59,063 nucleotides of DNA from Oligoflexia bacterium (GTDB lineage: Bacteria > Bdellovibrionota > Bdellovibrionia > JABDDW01). The notes under the pieces were generated by a model, which was given only the letters and a program-made list of their open reading frames with translations, had not been told where the DNA came from and made no database searches. The stretch covers positions 1 through 59,063 of the forward strand of contig JAYTHU010000195.1 in NCBI GenBank assembly GCA_043732305.1. The letters run 5' to 3'. The position numbers were made by a program, and so were the translations under genes. Shown piece by piece: positions 29,833 to 38,935 of the stretch; the stretch's first letter is position 1, and every line of letters starts with the position of its first letter.

Positions 29833-31746
29833 ATGGGCCATTTATCGAATACATTTTTTTTTCCCAGCGGATTTATGCCGCATGGAAATTCCTATCTCTG
29901 GAATCCCGCTCTCATTTGGTCAATGGGAATTTCTGATCTATTGATATGCCTTTCCTATTTTTCAATTTCAATCTGTCTCTGTCTTCTGGTCAAAAAAGTA
30001 AAGACTCCCACAACCGGAATGATATGGACATTCGGATTATTTTTTACTGCTTGTGGTGCGACTCACTTCATGGAAGTTTTGACTCTTTGGCATCCGGTAT
30101 ATTGGTTAGCTGCTGGTATAAAAGTCTTCACTGCAATTGTATCGGTGGTGGGGGTGGGTTATTTACTTGATCTCTACCCTAAAATTACGGAACTCAGTCA
30201 AGTAATTAAAATCGTCAGTAGACATCGCATTGGAATTTCAGAAGCCTACAGAGAAGTGATCATATCTAATCGAGAATTTAAAAATTTACTTAAAACTAGT
30301 CTTATTTACCCAATCACGTTTTTATTAATTCTAAGTGCGGTTTTTATCGCACAAATTTATTTTTTATTAAATGCCACTTCGTGGTTAGATCATACAGATC
30401 AGGTCATTTCAAAAGTTAGCAGCGTGTACCGACAAGCAGTCGAATCGCAAGCGGACTTCCGAGGCTTCATGATCACTAAACATCCACAAATGATGATGAA
30501 AAGCAGAACCGCCGGGGAAGAAGTTTTGGCAAAGATTCCTGAGCTAAAAGATTTAGTCAGCGAGGACGACGAGCAAGTAAAAAATCTGACCCGAACAGAT
30601 GTTAATTTTAGGAAATGGTTAGGTAGCATCGAAGCTTATAATTCATCGAGCCCAGGCGCTGCTTTGGGCATTATTTATTATGGCGCGCCTCTGTTTGAAA
30701 AAGTTAAATCTAGTTTTCACGATATTATTGATAACGAAGAAGCTCTTCGAAGAATACGGCAGAAGAAGGTTCGTGAGACAACAGTGATACTTATTTTCTT
30801 ATCGATTGGTTTAACTCTTTTAGTTGGGGCCATGATTGCTTTCTTTAGTCGATCTCAATTGCTGAAACTTTCAAATAACTATGACAGAGCATTGACTGGC
30901 CTTGAAGATAAAAATGCGTCTCTTTTACAAGAGGTGGACGCTCGTAAAAAAAGTGAAGTGGTGCGCATACAACTTGTTGAAGATTTAAAAAAAGCACTCA
31001 AATCTCGGGATGAGTTTCTATCGGTTGCGTCGCATGAGCTAAGAACCCCAATAATGTCGCTCCAACTTCAAACCCGACTGCTTCAAGGCTATATGAAGAA
31101 AAGCAAACTTTTGGAACTAACACCCAAAATAAATAAAGCGGCAGAGACCTGTGAACGCCAAAGTGAGCGACTTGCAAAACTCATAGAACTTTTGCTGGAC
31201 ATCACGCGCATTCGCCTCGGAAAAATTGAATTGAGTCTCAATACCGTTGAGCTTGTGAGTTTGACGAAGGAAATAATACCGCAGGTTGTGAACAGTAAAC
31301 CTTCCGAGTATCTTAGCTCAATAGCAGTTGTAGGGGACGCACAAGTCTTTGGCGTATGGGACCGACTCCGCATGGAACAAATTCTTATCAATTTAATTTC
31401 GAACGCATTTAAATATGGAGAGGGCAAACCGATTAGCATTGAAATACATGCTGATAATATTGGTGAGAAAGCCATCTTTAGAATTCAGGATCAAGGAATT
31501 GGGGTCGTACAAGGCTTACAAGAAAAAATCTTCGAGCGATTCGAACGAGCTGTATCCGGAGAACATATTTCTGGCCTTGGTCTTGGGCTTTATATTGTTA
31601 CTCAATTAGTGAGAGCGCACGGCGGAAAAATAAGTCTAATAAGCGAACAAGGAAAAGGAGCAATTTTCACGATGGAAATTCCATTTCATATTCCGGCACG
31701 GCCCGACACCTCGGCCTATGATACCAAAGAAAGTTTAAACATATGA
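29833..31746 (+). CDS. Sensor histidine kinase: ETR1-like 3-TM domain + CHASE3 + HisKA + HATPase
   Basis: SD..I..SYFSI and CGATH; HT..V...E...RGF (CHASE3); SHELRTP, NAFKY and GLGLGL. ATG 29833 lies after the terminator. Confidence 0.9.
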   Translation: MGHLSNTFFFPSGFMPHGNSYLWNPALIWSMGISDLLICLSYFSISICLCLLVKKVKTPTTGMIWTFGLFFTACGATHFMEVLTLWHPVYWLAAGIKVFTAIVSVVGVGYLLDLYPKITELSQVIKIVSRHRIGISEAYREVIISNREFKNLLKTSLIYPITFLLILSAVFIAQIYFLLNATSWLDHTDQVISKVSSVYRQAVESQADFRGFMITKHPQMMMKSRTAGEEVLAKIPELKDLVSEDDEQVKNLTRTDVNFRKWLGSIEAYNSSSPGAALGIIYYGAPLFEKVKSSFHDIIDNEEALRRIRQKKVRETTVILIFLSIGLTLLVGAMIAFFSRSQLLKLSNNYDRALTGLEDKNASLLQEVDARKKSEVVRIQLVEDLKKALKSRDEFLSVASHELRTPIMSLQLQTRLLQGYMKKSKLLELTPKINKAAETCERQSERLAKLIELLLDITRIRLGKIELSLNTVELVSLTKEIIPQVVNSKPSEYLSSIAVVGDAQVFGVWDRLRMEQILINLISNAFKYGEGKPISIEIHADNIGEKAIFRIQDQGIGVVQGLQEKIFERFERAVSGEHISGLGLGLYIVTQLVRAHGGKISLISEQGKGAIFTMEIPFHIPARPDTSAYDTKESLNI

Positions 31747-32135
31747 CGATCATAAAAAAAAATATTCTGGTTATAGAAGACGACGAGTTCATTCGCGAAA
31801 GTCTTCAAGAACTTTTTGAACTTGAGGGTTTTGACGTTAACCTCGCTGAAAATGGAAGAGTTGGGTTAGAAAAACTATCTCAAAAAAACTATTGTCTTGT
31901 GCTTCTAGATTGGCTTATGCCAGTGATGGGTGGCGAAGATTTTCTAAAACATCTTTACACAAACGAAAATCTTATAACATACAGAAGCATTCCTCTGATA
32001 ATTCTCTCGGGTGATCGGACTTGTAACAGTGAATTCTTGAAGCAACAGCACTGCACGCCGCCTATTCACTCTTTTGAGAAACTCGTCGACCTATATAAGC
32101 TACTGAGTCTTGTGCAAGACTATTGTGCCAAGTGA
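31743..32135 (+). CDS. Single-domain response regulator
   Basis: VIEDD, LLDWLMP and conserved Lys; ATGA overlap with the kinase. Confidence 0.9.
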   Translation: MTIIKKNILVIEDDEFIRESLQELFELEGFDVNLAENGRVGLEKLSQKNYCLVLLDWLMPVMGGEDFLKHLYTNENLITYRSIPLIILSGDRTCNSEFLKQQHCTPPIHSFEKLVDLYKLLSLVQDYCAK

Positions 32136-32150
32136 GAAAGAGAGTTTAAT

Positions 32151-32519
32151 TTGCCATTAAAAACAGTCCTTGTTATTGAAGATCAGGAAGAAATCCGAGA
32201 AGGCTTAAGAGACGTTTTAGAGGCAGAGGGGTACATCGTACTCACCGCGGGAAATGGCAAAGAAGGACTTGCGCTGGTGCGAGACCACGATCAGCCTTGT
32301 GTGATCATTCTAGATATTCAGATGCCAGTTATGAACGGCTGGGAATTTATAGAAGCTTTTGGAATTTCTGATCCAGCCGCTCGAGCAAAATCTTCAATCA
32401 TTATTATTTCTGCATTCAGTGAGGCTGCCGCTCGCGCCAAAATAAACGCAGAAAATTATTTCAAGAAGCCCGTTAATTTGAGTGCTCTTTTAGAGGCGAT
32501 AAAAACATATTCCGCCTAA
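32151..32519 (+). CDS. Single-domain response regulator
   Basis: VIED, ILDIQMP and KKP; TTG start. Confidence 0.9.
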   Translation: MPLKTVLVIEDQEEIREGLRDVLEAEGYIVLTAGNGKEGLALVRDHDQPCVIILDIQMPVMNGWEFIEAFGISDPAARAKSSIIIISAFSEAAARAKINAENYFKKPVNLSALLEAIKTYSA

Positions 32520-33876
32520 CAATGATTTTTTTTGAAAGATTTTTTAACGCATCCTGAAATGCTTCTTCTATTGTCGGATGATAGTAAGGCACTTTTAAAG
32601 CTGAGAAAACTGTCATCTTATTTTGGATCATAGTCGCCAGAAGATGAGCTAAATGTTCCCCGGACGGAATAACCATTTCGGCACCAAGCAATAATCCCGT
32701 TTTAGGTTGTGCGTAGATTCTGATTATTCCAGTCTCACCAAGAATAATTGCTCTCCCAAAATCAAAAACTGATTCTCCGATAATTATTTTTTCCGTTTTC
32801 AAGCTTCCAAAAGATTTACCGACAGTTACAATGTTGGGATCTGTGAAGGTAATATTGATCGGCACTTTTCGCTCAAAACGAGATACCTGTTTACGTACAC
32901 TATTATAACCAGAAATTCGTCCTTCATCACCAGCCTCGTGAAGAACGGGACGATATTGACTGACATCGCCGGCGATAAAAATAGGAAAGTTATCAATCTT
33001 CATGCTGTGCGGATCAAAAAGTGGCAATCCTCTTTTATCCAAACGCACACCGATATCTTCGAGCCCAAGACTCTTAAGATTGGGATCTCGACCCAGGCTC
33101 GCTAAAACTTTTTCCGCAGTGAACGTTTTTTTCCGAGTAGAAATTTTTAAATGTTTTCCACTTTTAGAAAGCATAGCTTCATCACCGGTATAAAGCGGAA
33201 ACTCAGCACTCAAAGTTTTTTTTGCAAATTCTATCACGACAGGGTCAGTGAGATTTGCCAAAGTATTAGAACTTCCAATTCCAACAACTTTCACACCAAG
33301 TCGTGAAAAAGCCTGACCTAATTCTAACCCCAAAGGACCAAGCCCCACCGTGATCATGGATTTTGGCAGACAATCTAACTCGAAAATCAAATCGGTGGTT
33401 AAAATGTGATCCGCGTATCTTTTCCAACTTGCGGGAATTTTGGGAGTGGTCCCAGTGGCAATGATCGTGCTTTTAGTTTTAATTATTTTTTCGCCGACTT
33501 GCAGAACTTGAGAGTCTATAAAATGAGCATCTCCTCTGATACTTTTTGCGCCTAAGCTTTCGGTTTCTTTTACTACTCCACGTACAAATCTATCACGAAG
33601 CTTTCGCACATGGCGCATTATCAAAACAGGATCGATTTTGAGATTTTCTGCTCCCTTGACACCCTCAATATTAAGTCTTGCGCGGTTATGAAAATTATTT
33701 GCCGTTTGGATCAATGCTTTAGATGGCATGCACCCTACACGGGCACAAGTGGTTCCGTACTCACCCTTATTGATTAAAAGAAAGTTGTCGGTCACTTTTT
33801 TTATTTCTGCCACTGCCGTTAATCCGGCCGTTCCCGCACCTAACACAACGACGTCATAATTTTTTTGTTTGGCCAT
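32473..33876 (-). CDS. Dihydrolipoyl dehydrogenase-like pyridine nucleotide-disulfide oxidoreductase
   Basis: GAGTAG, TTCARVGCMPSK, AGD and YHPTIEE motifs. Confidence 0.9.
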   Translation of the reverse strand: MAKQKNYDVVVLGAGTAGLTAVAEIKKVTDNFLLINKGEYGTTCARVGCMPSKALIQTANNFHNRARLNIEGVKGAENLKIDPVLIMRHVRKLRDRFVRGVVKETESLGAKSIRGDAHFIDSQVLQVGEKIIKTKSTIIATGTTPKIPASWKRYADHILTTDLIFELDCLPKSMITVGLGPLGLELGQAFSRLGVKVVGIGSSNTLANLTDPVVIEFAKKTLSAEFPLYTGDEAMLSKSGKHLKISTRKKTFTAEKVLASLGRDPNLKSLGLEDIGVRLDKRGLPLFDPHSMKIDNFPIFIAGDVSQYRPVLHEAGDEGRISGYNSVRKQVSRFERKVPINITFTDPNIVTVGKSFGSLKTEKIIIGESVFDFGRAIILGETGIIRIYAQPKTGLLLGAEMVIPSGEHLAHLLATMIQNKMTVFSALKVPYYHPTIEEAFQDALKNLSKKIIVRRNMFLSPLKEHSN

Positions 33877-34075
33877 GCTTTAACCCTTCGTCACTAAGTC
33901 TCTGCCGTTTTCTAATTTGCGGATACGCAAACCAAACTAATGAGAACAAGGTCCATGTGAGCATGAGTGTGCTTACTCTTGCAAGCTCTATTGGAATTTC
34001 GGTCGGCTCAGCCTGCCTATGAAATGCTTCAGGGGCAAGCAACATGAGCGGCTATTTGCTTTTCGGGAAAAGCAT
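33854..34075 (-). pseudogene. Small membrane protein with a premature in-frame TAG (34054-34052)
   Basis: Strong SD AGGAG before ATG 34075, then MLFPKSK*PLML..., in frame with the tracked 63-aa ORF. Confidence 0.45.
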
Positions 34076-34166
34076 CGTCAGCTCCTTCTTTAAATAATTG
34101 GCGTGCATTTATAGCTGCATGACTTATTTTTATAATCTTTTTCATAGATAAGTCTTTTCGATCAGA

Positions 34167-35339
34167 TTAATGCACATTAATAATTACTTTGATGCATTCG
34201 TCTTTATCGTCACTAAAAGTTTTGTAAGCCTCCGGTCCGTCCTCGAGTTCCACTCGATGGGTGATAACAAACGAAGGATCAATCTCACCTTTTAAAATTC
34301 TTTGTAAAAGTGGTTTCATATATCTTTGTGTGTGTGTCTGACCCATTTTAAGCGTCAATCCTTTTCCAAACGCTGCTCCAAAAGGAAACTTATCTAACAG
34401 TCCGCCGTAGACACCAGGAACTGAAACAGTTCCACATTTTTTACAAGCTTGAATTGCTTGCCGCAAAGCATCTGGTCTATCCGTTGCCAAACCAACTGCA
34501 GCTTTAACCTTGTCCATACTAGCTGCCATCGTCGTGCCATGTGCCTCCATCCCGACGGCATCAATACACGAATCAGGCCCGCGACCGCCCGTCATAAATT
34601 TGAGTTGATCCATCAACTCGTCCTCTTCACTAAAATTAATTATTTCTGCGCCAGCTTCCTGTGACATCGCCAATCGACCTTTGAAGTGATCGATTGAAAT
34701 CACTCTTTCAGCACCTAAAAGATAGGCACTTCGAATAGCCATCTGACCAACGGGGCCTGCGCCCCAAATAGCGACCGTGTCACCACGCTTGATGTTGCAA
34801 TTTTCTGCAGCCATGTATCCGGTAGGAAAAATGTCACTGAGAAATAATAATTTTTCATCGTCAAGTTCTTTGGGAACAACTAAAAGATTTGTGTCCGCAT
34901 AGGGAACACGAATAAATTCCGCTTGACCGCCGGCGTATCCGCCGTACATGTGCGAGTATCCGAAAATACCTGACCCTGAATGCCCGTACATTTTATCAGC
35001 CAAAATTGCGTTCGGATTCGAATTGTCACAAGCGGAATATTCTTCAGATTTACAATGATGACAACTTCCGCAGCTGATATCAAAAGATACAACTACCTTG
35101 TCTCCAACTTTGATGTTTTTTACTCCGCGTCCTATTTCCGTAACTTCGCCCATGGTTTCATGACCCAAAATATCACCTTTGTGCATAGTGGGAATAAATC
35201 CATCGTAGAGGTGCAGATCGGAACCACAAATCGCGGCCGTAGTTACTTTAACAATCGCATCTTTTTGGTTGAGGAGCCGAGGCTCCACTACATTTTTTAT
35301 TTCGACATTGTGTTTACCTTGCCAGCAGAGAGCTTTCAC
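34167..35339 (-). CDS. Zinc-dependent alcohol dehydrogenase (formaldehyde dehydrogenase-like, YbdR type)
   Basis: ICGSDLH, GHE, structural-Zn cysteines, LSDIFPTG and GAGPVG. Confidence 0.95.
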   Translation of the reverse strand: MKALCWQGKHNVEIKNVVEPRLLNQKDAIVKVTTAAICGSDLHLYDGFIPTMHKGDILGHETMGEVTEIGRGVKNIKVGDKVVVSFDISCGSCHHCKSEEYSACDNSNPNAILADKMYGHSGSGIFGYSHMYGGYAGGQAEFIRVPYADTNLLVVPKELDDEKLLFLSDIFPTGYMAAENCNIKRGDTVAIWGAGPVGQMAIRSAYLLGAERVISIDHFKGRLAMSQEAGAEIINFSEEDELMDQLKFMTGGRGPDSCIDAVGMEAHGTTMAASMDKVKAAVGLATDRPDALRQAIQACKKCGTVSVPGVYGGLLDKFPFGAAFGKGLTLKMGQTHTQRYMKPLLQRILKGEIDPSFVITHRVELEDGPEAYKTFSDDKDECIKVIINVH

Positions 35340-35348
35340 AATTTCTCC

Positions 35349-35942
35349 TTAATGTGTCAAATTTGATTCGGGTAATTCTTCACGTCCACTCGGCTGGCCT
35401 GCAACAGTAGGAACTTCACCGGTTTCAAGATAGGCTTTAAGACGATGAAGATTTATCTGAGCCAAGCTGTCTGGATCTTCGCCCATAAGTTTAGTTGCTA
35501 TCTCTCCAAGCTTTCCGCCTGGGACGGAATAATCCATAGTGAGGGTGACAACTGATCCTCGATTGAATGGTAATCCAGTGAACCAAACAGATCCTGTTGT
35601 ATCCACATCTGAACCATTTAAGCTTTTCCAAGCAATCATCACACCAGGAACCTCTTGGGTCACAACGGCGTCCCACTCGGCTTTCATGCCATTTTTTAAT
35701 TTGACCACCCAATGCGATCGAATTGGCGACGTTTCAATTACCTCTTCCACGTCCTTCATAAAATAGGACAGATTTCGGAAGTCCCGCCAAAAGGAGAAGA
35801 TTTCCTCTGGAGATTTATTAGTCACGGTGATAGCGTGACGACTTTTCCGGCCATCTTCTTCAATCACAGCGCTGATTCCGGGCCCAACACTGATTTTATT
35901 TTTTATATCTGGAGAGTTCGTTTGTAGATCAAAGTTATCCAT
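35349..35942 (-). CDS. SRPBCC (polyketide cyclase/dehydrase-like) protein
   Basis: FWRDFRNL..FM, SHW, EWDA, IAWKS and ETGE.PT..GQP.GR motifs. Confidence 0.9.
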   Translation of the reverse strand: MDNFDLQTNSPDIKNKISVGPGISAVIEEDGRKSRHAITVTNKSPEEIFSFWRDFRNLSYFMKDVEEVIETSPIRSHWVVKLKNGMKAEWDAVVTQEVPGVMIAWKSLNGSDVDTTGSVWFTGLPFNRGSVVTLTMDYSVPGGKLGEIATKLMGEDPDSLAQINLHRLKAYLETGEVPTVAGQPSGREELPESNLTH

Positions 35943-35981
35943 ATTTTCTCCTAGGTTTAAATCTATTCAACCTACGGAGTT

Positions 35982-35997
35982 TGCAAACCTCATTCCA
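35982..35997 (-). promoter_or_regulatory. Sigma-54 -24/-12 promoter for the SRPBCC-ADH operon
   Basis: TGGAATGAGGTTTGCA, 39 bp before ATG 35942. Confidence 0.75.
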
Positions 35998-36035
35998 AAG
36001 GTGTGTTATGAACTAGTGGCGCCGACGCGTTTAAA

Positions 36036-36052
36036 TGTGGAAAAATGTCGCA
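36036..36052. promoter_or_regulatory. Candidate bEBP enhancer site
   Basis: TGTGGAAAAATGTCGCA, similar to the motifs at 28590-28606 and 10560-10575. Confidence 0.45.
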
Positions 36053-36105
36053 AATCCGCAATGAAAAGAGGAAAATCCACCCATGGTGAACCAAATGGAC
36101 AAGCA

Positions 36106-36291
36106 ATGGACGAAGTAGAAAAGTATTTCAAATGCCCTTACTGCTTTGAGAAAATCTCGATGCTGCTAGATATCTCTGTGGATGGGCAACAAACTTATGT
36201 TGAAGATTGTGAGGTTTGTTGCAACCCTATTCAGATTGTTTATCTTTGTAAGAGCATGAGAATTTCAAGCTTTGAACCTATGAAAGCTTAG
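36106..36291 (+). CDS. CPXCG-motif cysteine-rich small protein
   Basis: CPYC...D.S...[13 protein letters not shown]. Confidence 0.88.
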   Translation: MDEVEKYFKCPYCFEKISMLLDISVDGQQTYVEDCEVCCNPIQIVYLCKSMRISSFEPMKA

Positions 36292-36334
36292 AGTAATACT
36301 GATCAGTATTACTCTAACGAAACGAGGAAAACGC

Positions 36335-36868
36335 ATGCGGAGCTTTTTTTTAGCGATCATATTCATCTCAAATTTAATTTCCGGGGTTTCATTAAATGCT
36401 TGGGATGCAAAGTCGTACAAAAAACCAAGTGACGCTGAAATAAAAAAGATGCTCACGCGCGAACAATACGATGTCACCCAACACGAAGGCACTGAATCCC
36501 CATTTAGAAACAAATATTTCCACAACGAAGATGCCGGAATTTACGTGGACATCATTTCCGGAGCTCCACTTTTCAGCTCATTAGATAAATACGATTCTGG
36601 AACCGGCTGGCCGAGTTTCACTAAGCCCATAGACCCGACCAGTATTGTCAAGAAAACCGACAAGCAATTCTTATTTTCCCGAACAGAAGTTCGAAGCAAA
36701 CTTGCCGATTCTCATTTGGGTCATGTTTTTGATGATGGGCCAAAGGATAAAGGCGGGTTGAGATACTGCATGAACTCGGCAGCACTAAAATTTATTGCAG
36801 TTCAAGATTTAGCAAAAGAGGGTTACGGAGAATTTACTCCGCTCTTTAGTGGTAAAATGAAAAATTAA
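36335..36868 (+). CDS. msrB: Periplasmic peptide-methionine (R)-S-oxide reductase
   Basis: Signal peptide; GTE.PF, GWPSF, HLGHVF.DGP and RYCMNS motifs. Confidence 0.95.
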   Translation: MRSFFLAIIFISNLISGVSLNAWDAKSYKKPSDAEIKKMLTREQYDVTQHEGTESPFRNKYFHNEDAGIYVDIISGAPLFSSLDKYDSGTGWPSFTKPIDPTSIVKKTDKQFLFSRTEVRSKLADSHLGHVFDDGPKDKGGLRYCMNSAALKFIAVQDLAKEGYGEFTPLFSGKMKN

Positions 36869-36878
36869 GGAAATCTCT

Positions 36879-37916
36879 ATGAACCCAAAAACTAAGAATA
36901 TCTACTTCATCACATTCATCCTACTCATGATAGGCAGTTTGCTTTTAGGACTATACACAATCTCCCATTTTATTTTGCCTATTATCATGGGCTGCATTTT
37001 GGCACTATTATTGAAACCGGTGCATAACTTTTTAAAGAGATCTAATTTTGGAAATAAAACTGCGGCGACTGGAATAATAGTTTCTGTGATTATTTTAGCT
37101 CTTGGTCCGCTCGCTTTTTTTGTTGCCAGAGCGGTTCACCAAGGAATAGTTGTGGGACAGGGTATTGCTGAGAAGCAAACCCTTTCGTTTGATGGATTGA
37201 TTGAAAAAGTAAGCGTGTGGGAACCGGTTCAACTTTTGGTTGGTGATACGCAACAATTGGAACTTAAAGTTAGGCAACTCATGGGTACGGGTCTCTCGGC
37301 TGTGAGTACCGGAATTCTTGCAAAAATCACAGACCTTCCAGATCTAGTAGTGAAATTTACAATTATATTGTTGGTCGCGTATTTTCTTCTGATTCAAGGT
37401 AGGAAATTTCTCACGTGGGTCAGTGCCCGCATTCCAATTGATCCAAAAATTAAAATTCAGATTGGTGCTTCCCTGAGAGGAACTTCGGTTTCTGTAGTCT
37501 GGGCTACCCTAGCTGCCGCCGTTTCGCAAACTTTAGTAGTTGCACTCGCCTTTTTAATTTTGGGTGTGCCTTCTATTTTCCTAGCCATCGGATTGACATT
37601 TATTTTGGCTTGGATTCCAATTGTTGGCTCCTCTCCCGTTTGGCTGGGCGCCATGATTTACCTTTACACACAAGGCTCATTTGTGAAGATGGGAATCATG
37701 CTTGCCGCCGGTCTTATGGTAGGAATTTTGGATAACATCGTACGCACAATTGTATTACGCGGCAGAGATGAAATGTCTCCAGCTATTAGTTTAATTGCAA
37801 TCCTTGGAGGCCTGGAAACTTTCGGAATTTTCGGAGTTTTCATTGGGCCCATTCTGGCAGCACTCATTATTTCCATTCTTAAAGTATGGCCAAGCGTGGC
37901 GGAGTTGGACGGTTGA
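36879..37916 (+). CDS. AI-2E family (UPF0118) transporter
   Basis: TM pattern, IPIVG, DNIVR and GG...FG..GVFIGP motifs. Confidence 0.9.
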   Translation: MNPKTKNIYFITFILLMIGSLLLGLYTISHFILPIIMGCILALLLKPVHNFLKRSNFGNKTAATGIIVSVIILALGPLAFFVARAVHQGIVVGQGIAEKQTLSFDGLIEKVSVWEPVQLLVGDTQQLELKVRQLMGTGLSAVSTGILAKITDLPDLVVKFTIILLVAYFLLIQGRKFLTWVSARIPIDPKIKIQIGASLRGTSVSVVWATLAAAVSQTLVVALAFLILGVPSIFLAIGLTFILAWIPIVGSSPVWLGAMIYLYTQGSFVKMGIMLAAGLMVGILDNIVRTIVLRGRDEMSPAISLIAILGGLETFGIFGVFIGPILAALIISILKVWPSVAELDG

Positions 37917-38935
37917 TGAAATCTCGATGCGCATTGATTCTCCCTGGAGCCGTTGCAAAAGGTGCTTTCGAAGCTGGAGTGGTGGATGTTCTCGCCGAAA
38001 AAAATGTAAGAATTGACCGAATAGTTGCTACAAGCTCTGGAGCACTCAACGGTGTCGCTTTTGCTGCAGGGATTCGCAGCGGGCGCCCGCGAGAAATGAC
38101 AGGAAAACTGGTCGACACCTGGATCAGCTGCGGAGGTTGGCACGACTCCCTTAGTTTCAATCCACTTCACTGGCTAACAGGCAGAGGCCTCTCGGATCAA
38201 CGTGGACTGATGAAAATGTTAACAGATTTAGTTGTGCCTTGTACTCAATCAGAAAAACATGATGTCGAACTTCGAATTATTGTTTCTCCGCTAAATGGCG
38301 TCTCCGGAAAAATTGGGGCAAGTTCTGCCACAACATACGAACAAGTTTTAGAATTCAAAGGCGAACATTTCGACACTCAAGAAGGATTAGCCGAAATATT
38401 CGAAGCAACAACTGCGGCATGTGCTTTCCCTGGTCTATTTGCTCCTGTTGAAGTGCGTGGTCTTGGGCCATGTATAGATGGCGGGGCTGTCAATAATGCA
38501 CCGGTGAGTTATGTTTTAAAAGAAGGCGGCATTGATCATATCTATATGCCTGTTCCATTTCCCTCCCATATATTAGGAGCCGCCCCGACACGGGGGCTCA
38601 GTTTTCTCAATCACTTGATTGAGATTTTGATTAACGAGAGACTTTTTCGTGATTTAAAAACTGCACATGAAATAAATGAAGACGTGAAAGACTTAGAAAG
38701 ACTGCGCGACGAAGGCATCTTGAACAAAGAACAGTTTGCTGCGGTCAAGGGAGTTTTAGAAATTGATCACGTTCGTATCAGTGAAATCAGACCCATTAAA
38801 ACAGTTTGTGGAAATGCATTCTCTGGATTTTTCAGTGGAAAAGACAGAGTTAAATTGGTCGCTGAAGGTAGAAAAGCAGCATTAGAAACTTTGGCAGGAA
38901 TAACAAAAACCGAAAGGGAGCACGCACCCCAATGA
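37916..38935 (+). CDS. Patatin-like phospholipase with variant motifs
   Basis: PGAVAKGAFEAG oxyanion loop, ATSSG nucleophile elbow, FPG and DGG; TGATG coupling to the AI-2E gene. Confidence 0.88.
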   Translation: MKSRCALILPGAVAKGAFEAGVVDVLAEKNVRIDRIVATSSGALNGVAFAAGIRSGRPREMTGKLVDTWISCGGWHDSLSFNPLHWLTGRGLSDQRGLMKMLTDLVVPCTQSEKHDVELRIIVSPLNGVSGKIGASSATTYEQVLEFKGEHFDTQEGLAEIFEATTAACAFPGLFAPVEVRGLGPCIDGGAVNNAPVSYVLKEGGIDHIYMPVPFPSHILGAAPTRGLSFLNHLIEILINERLFRDLKTAHEINEDVKDLERLRDEGILNKEQFAAVKGVLEIDHVRISEIRPIKTVCGNAFSGFFSGKDRVKLVAEGRKAALETLAGITKTEREHAPQ

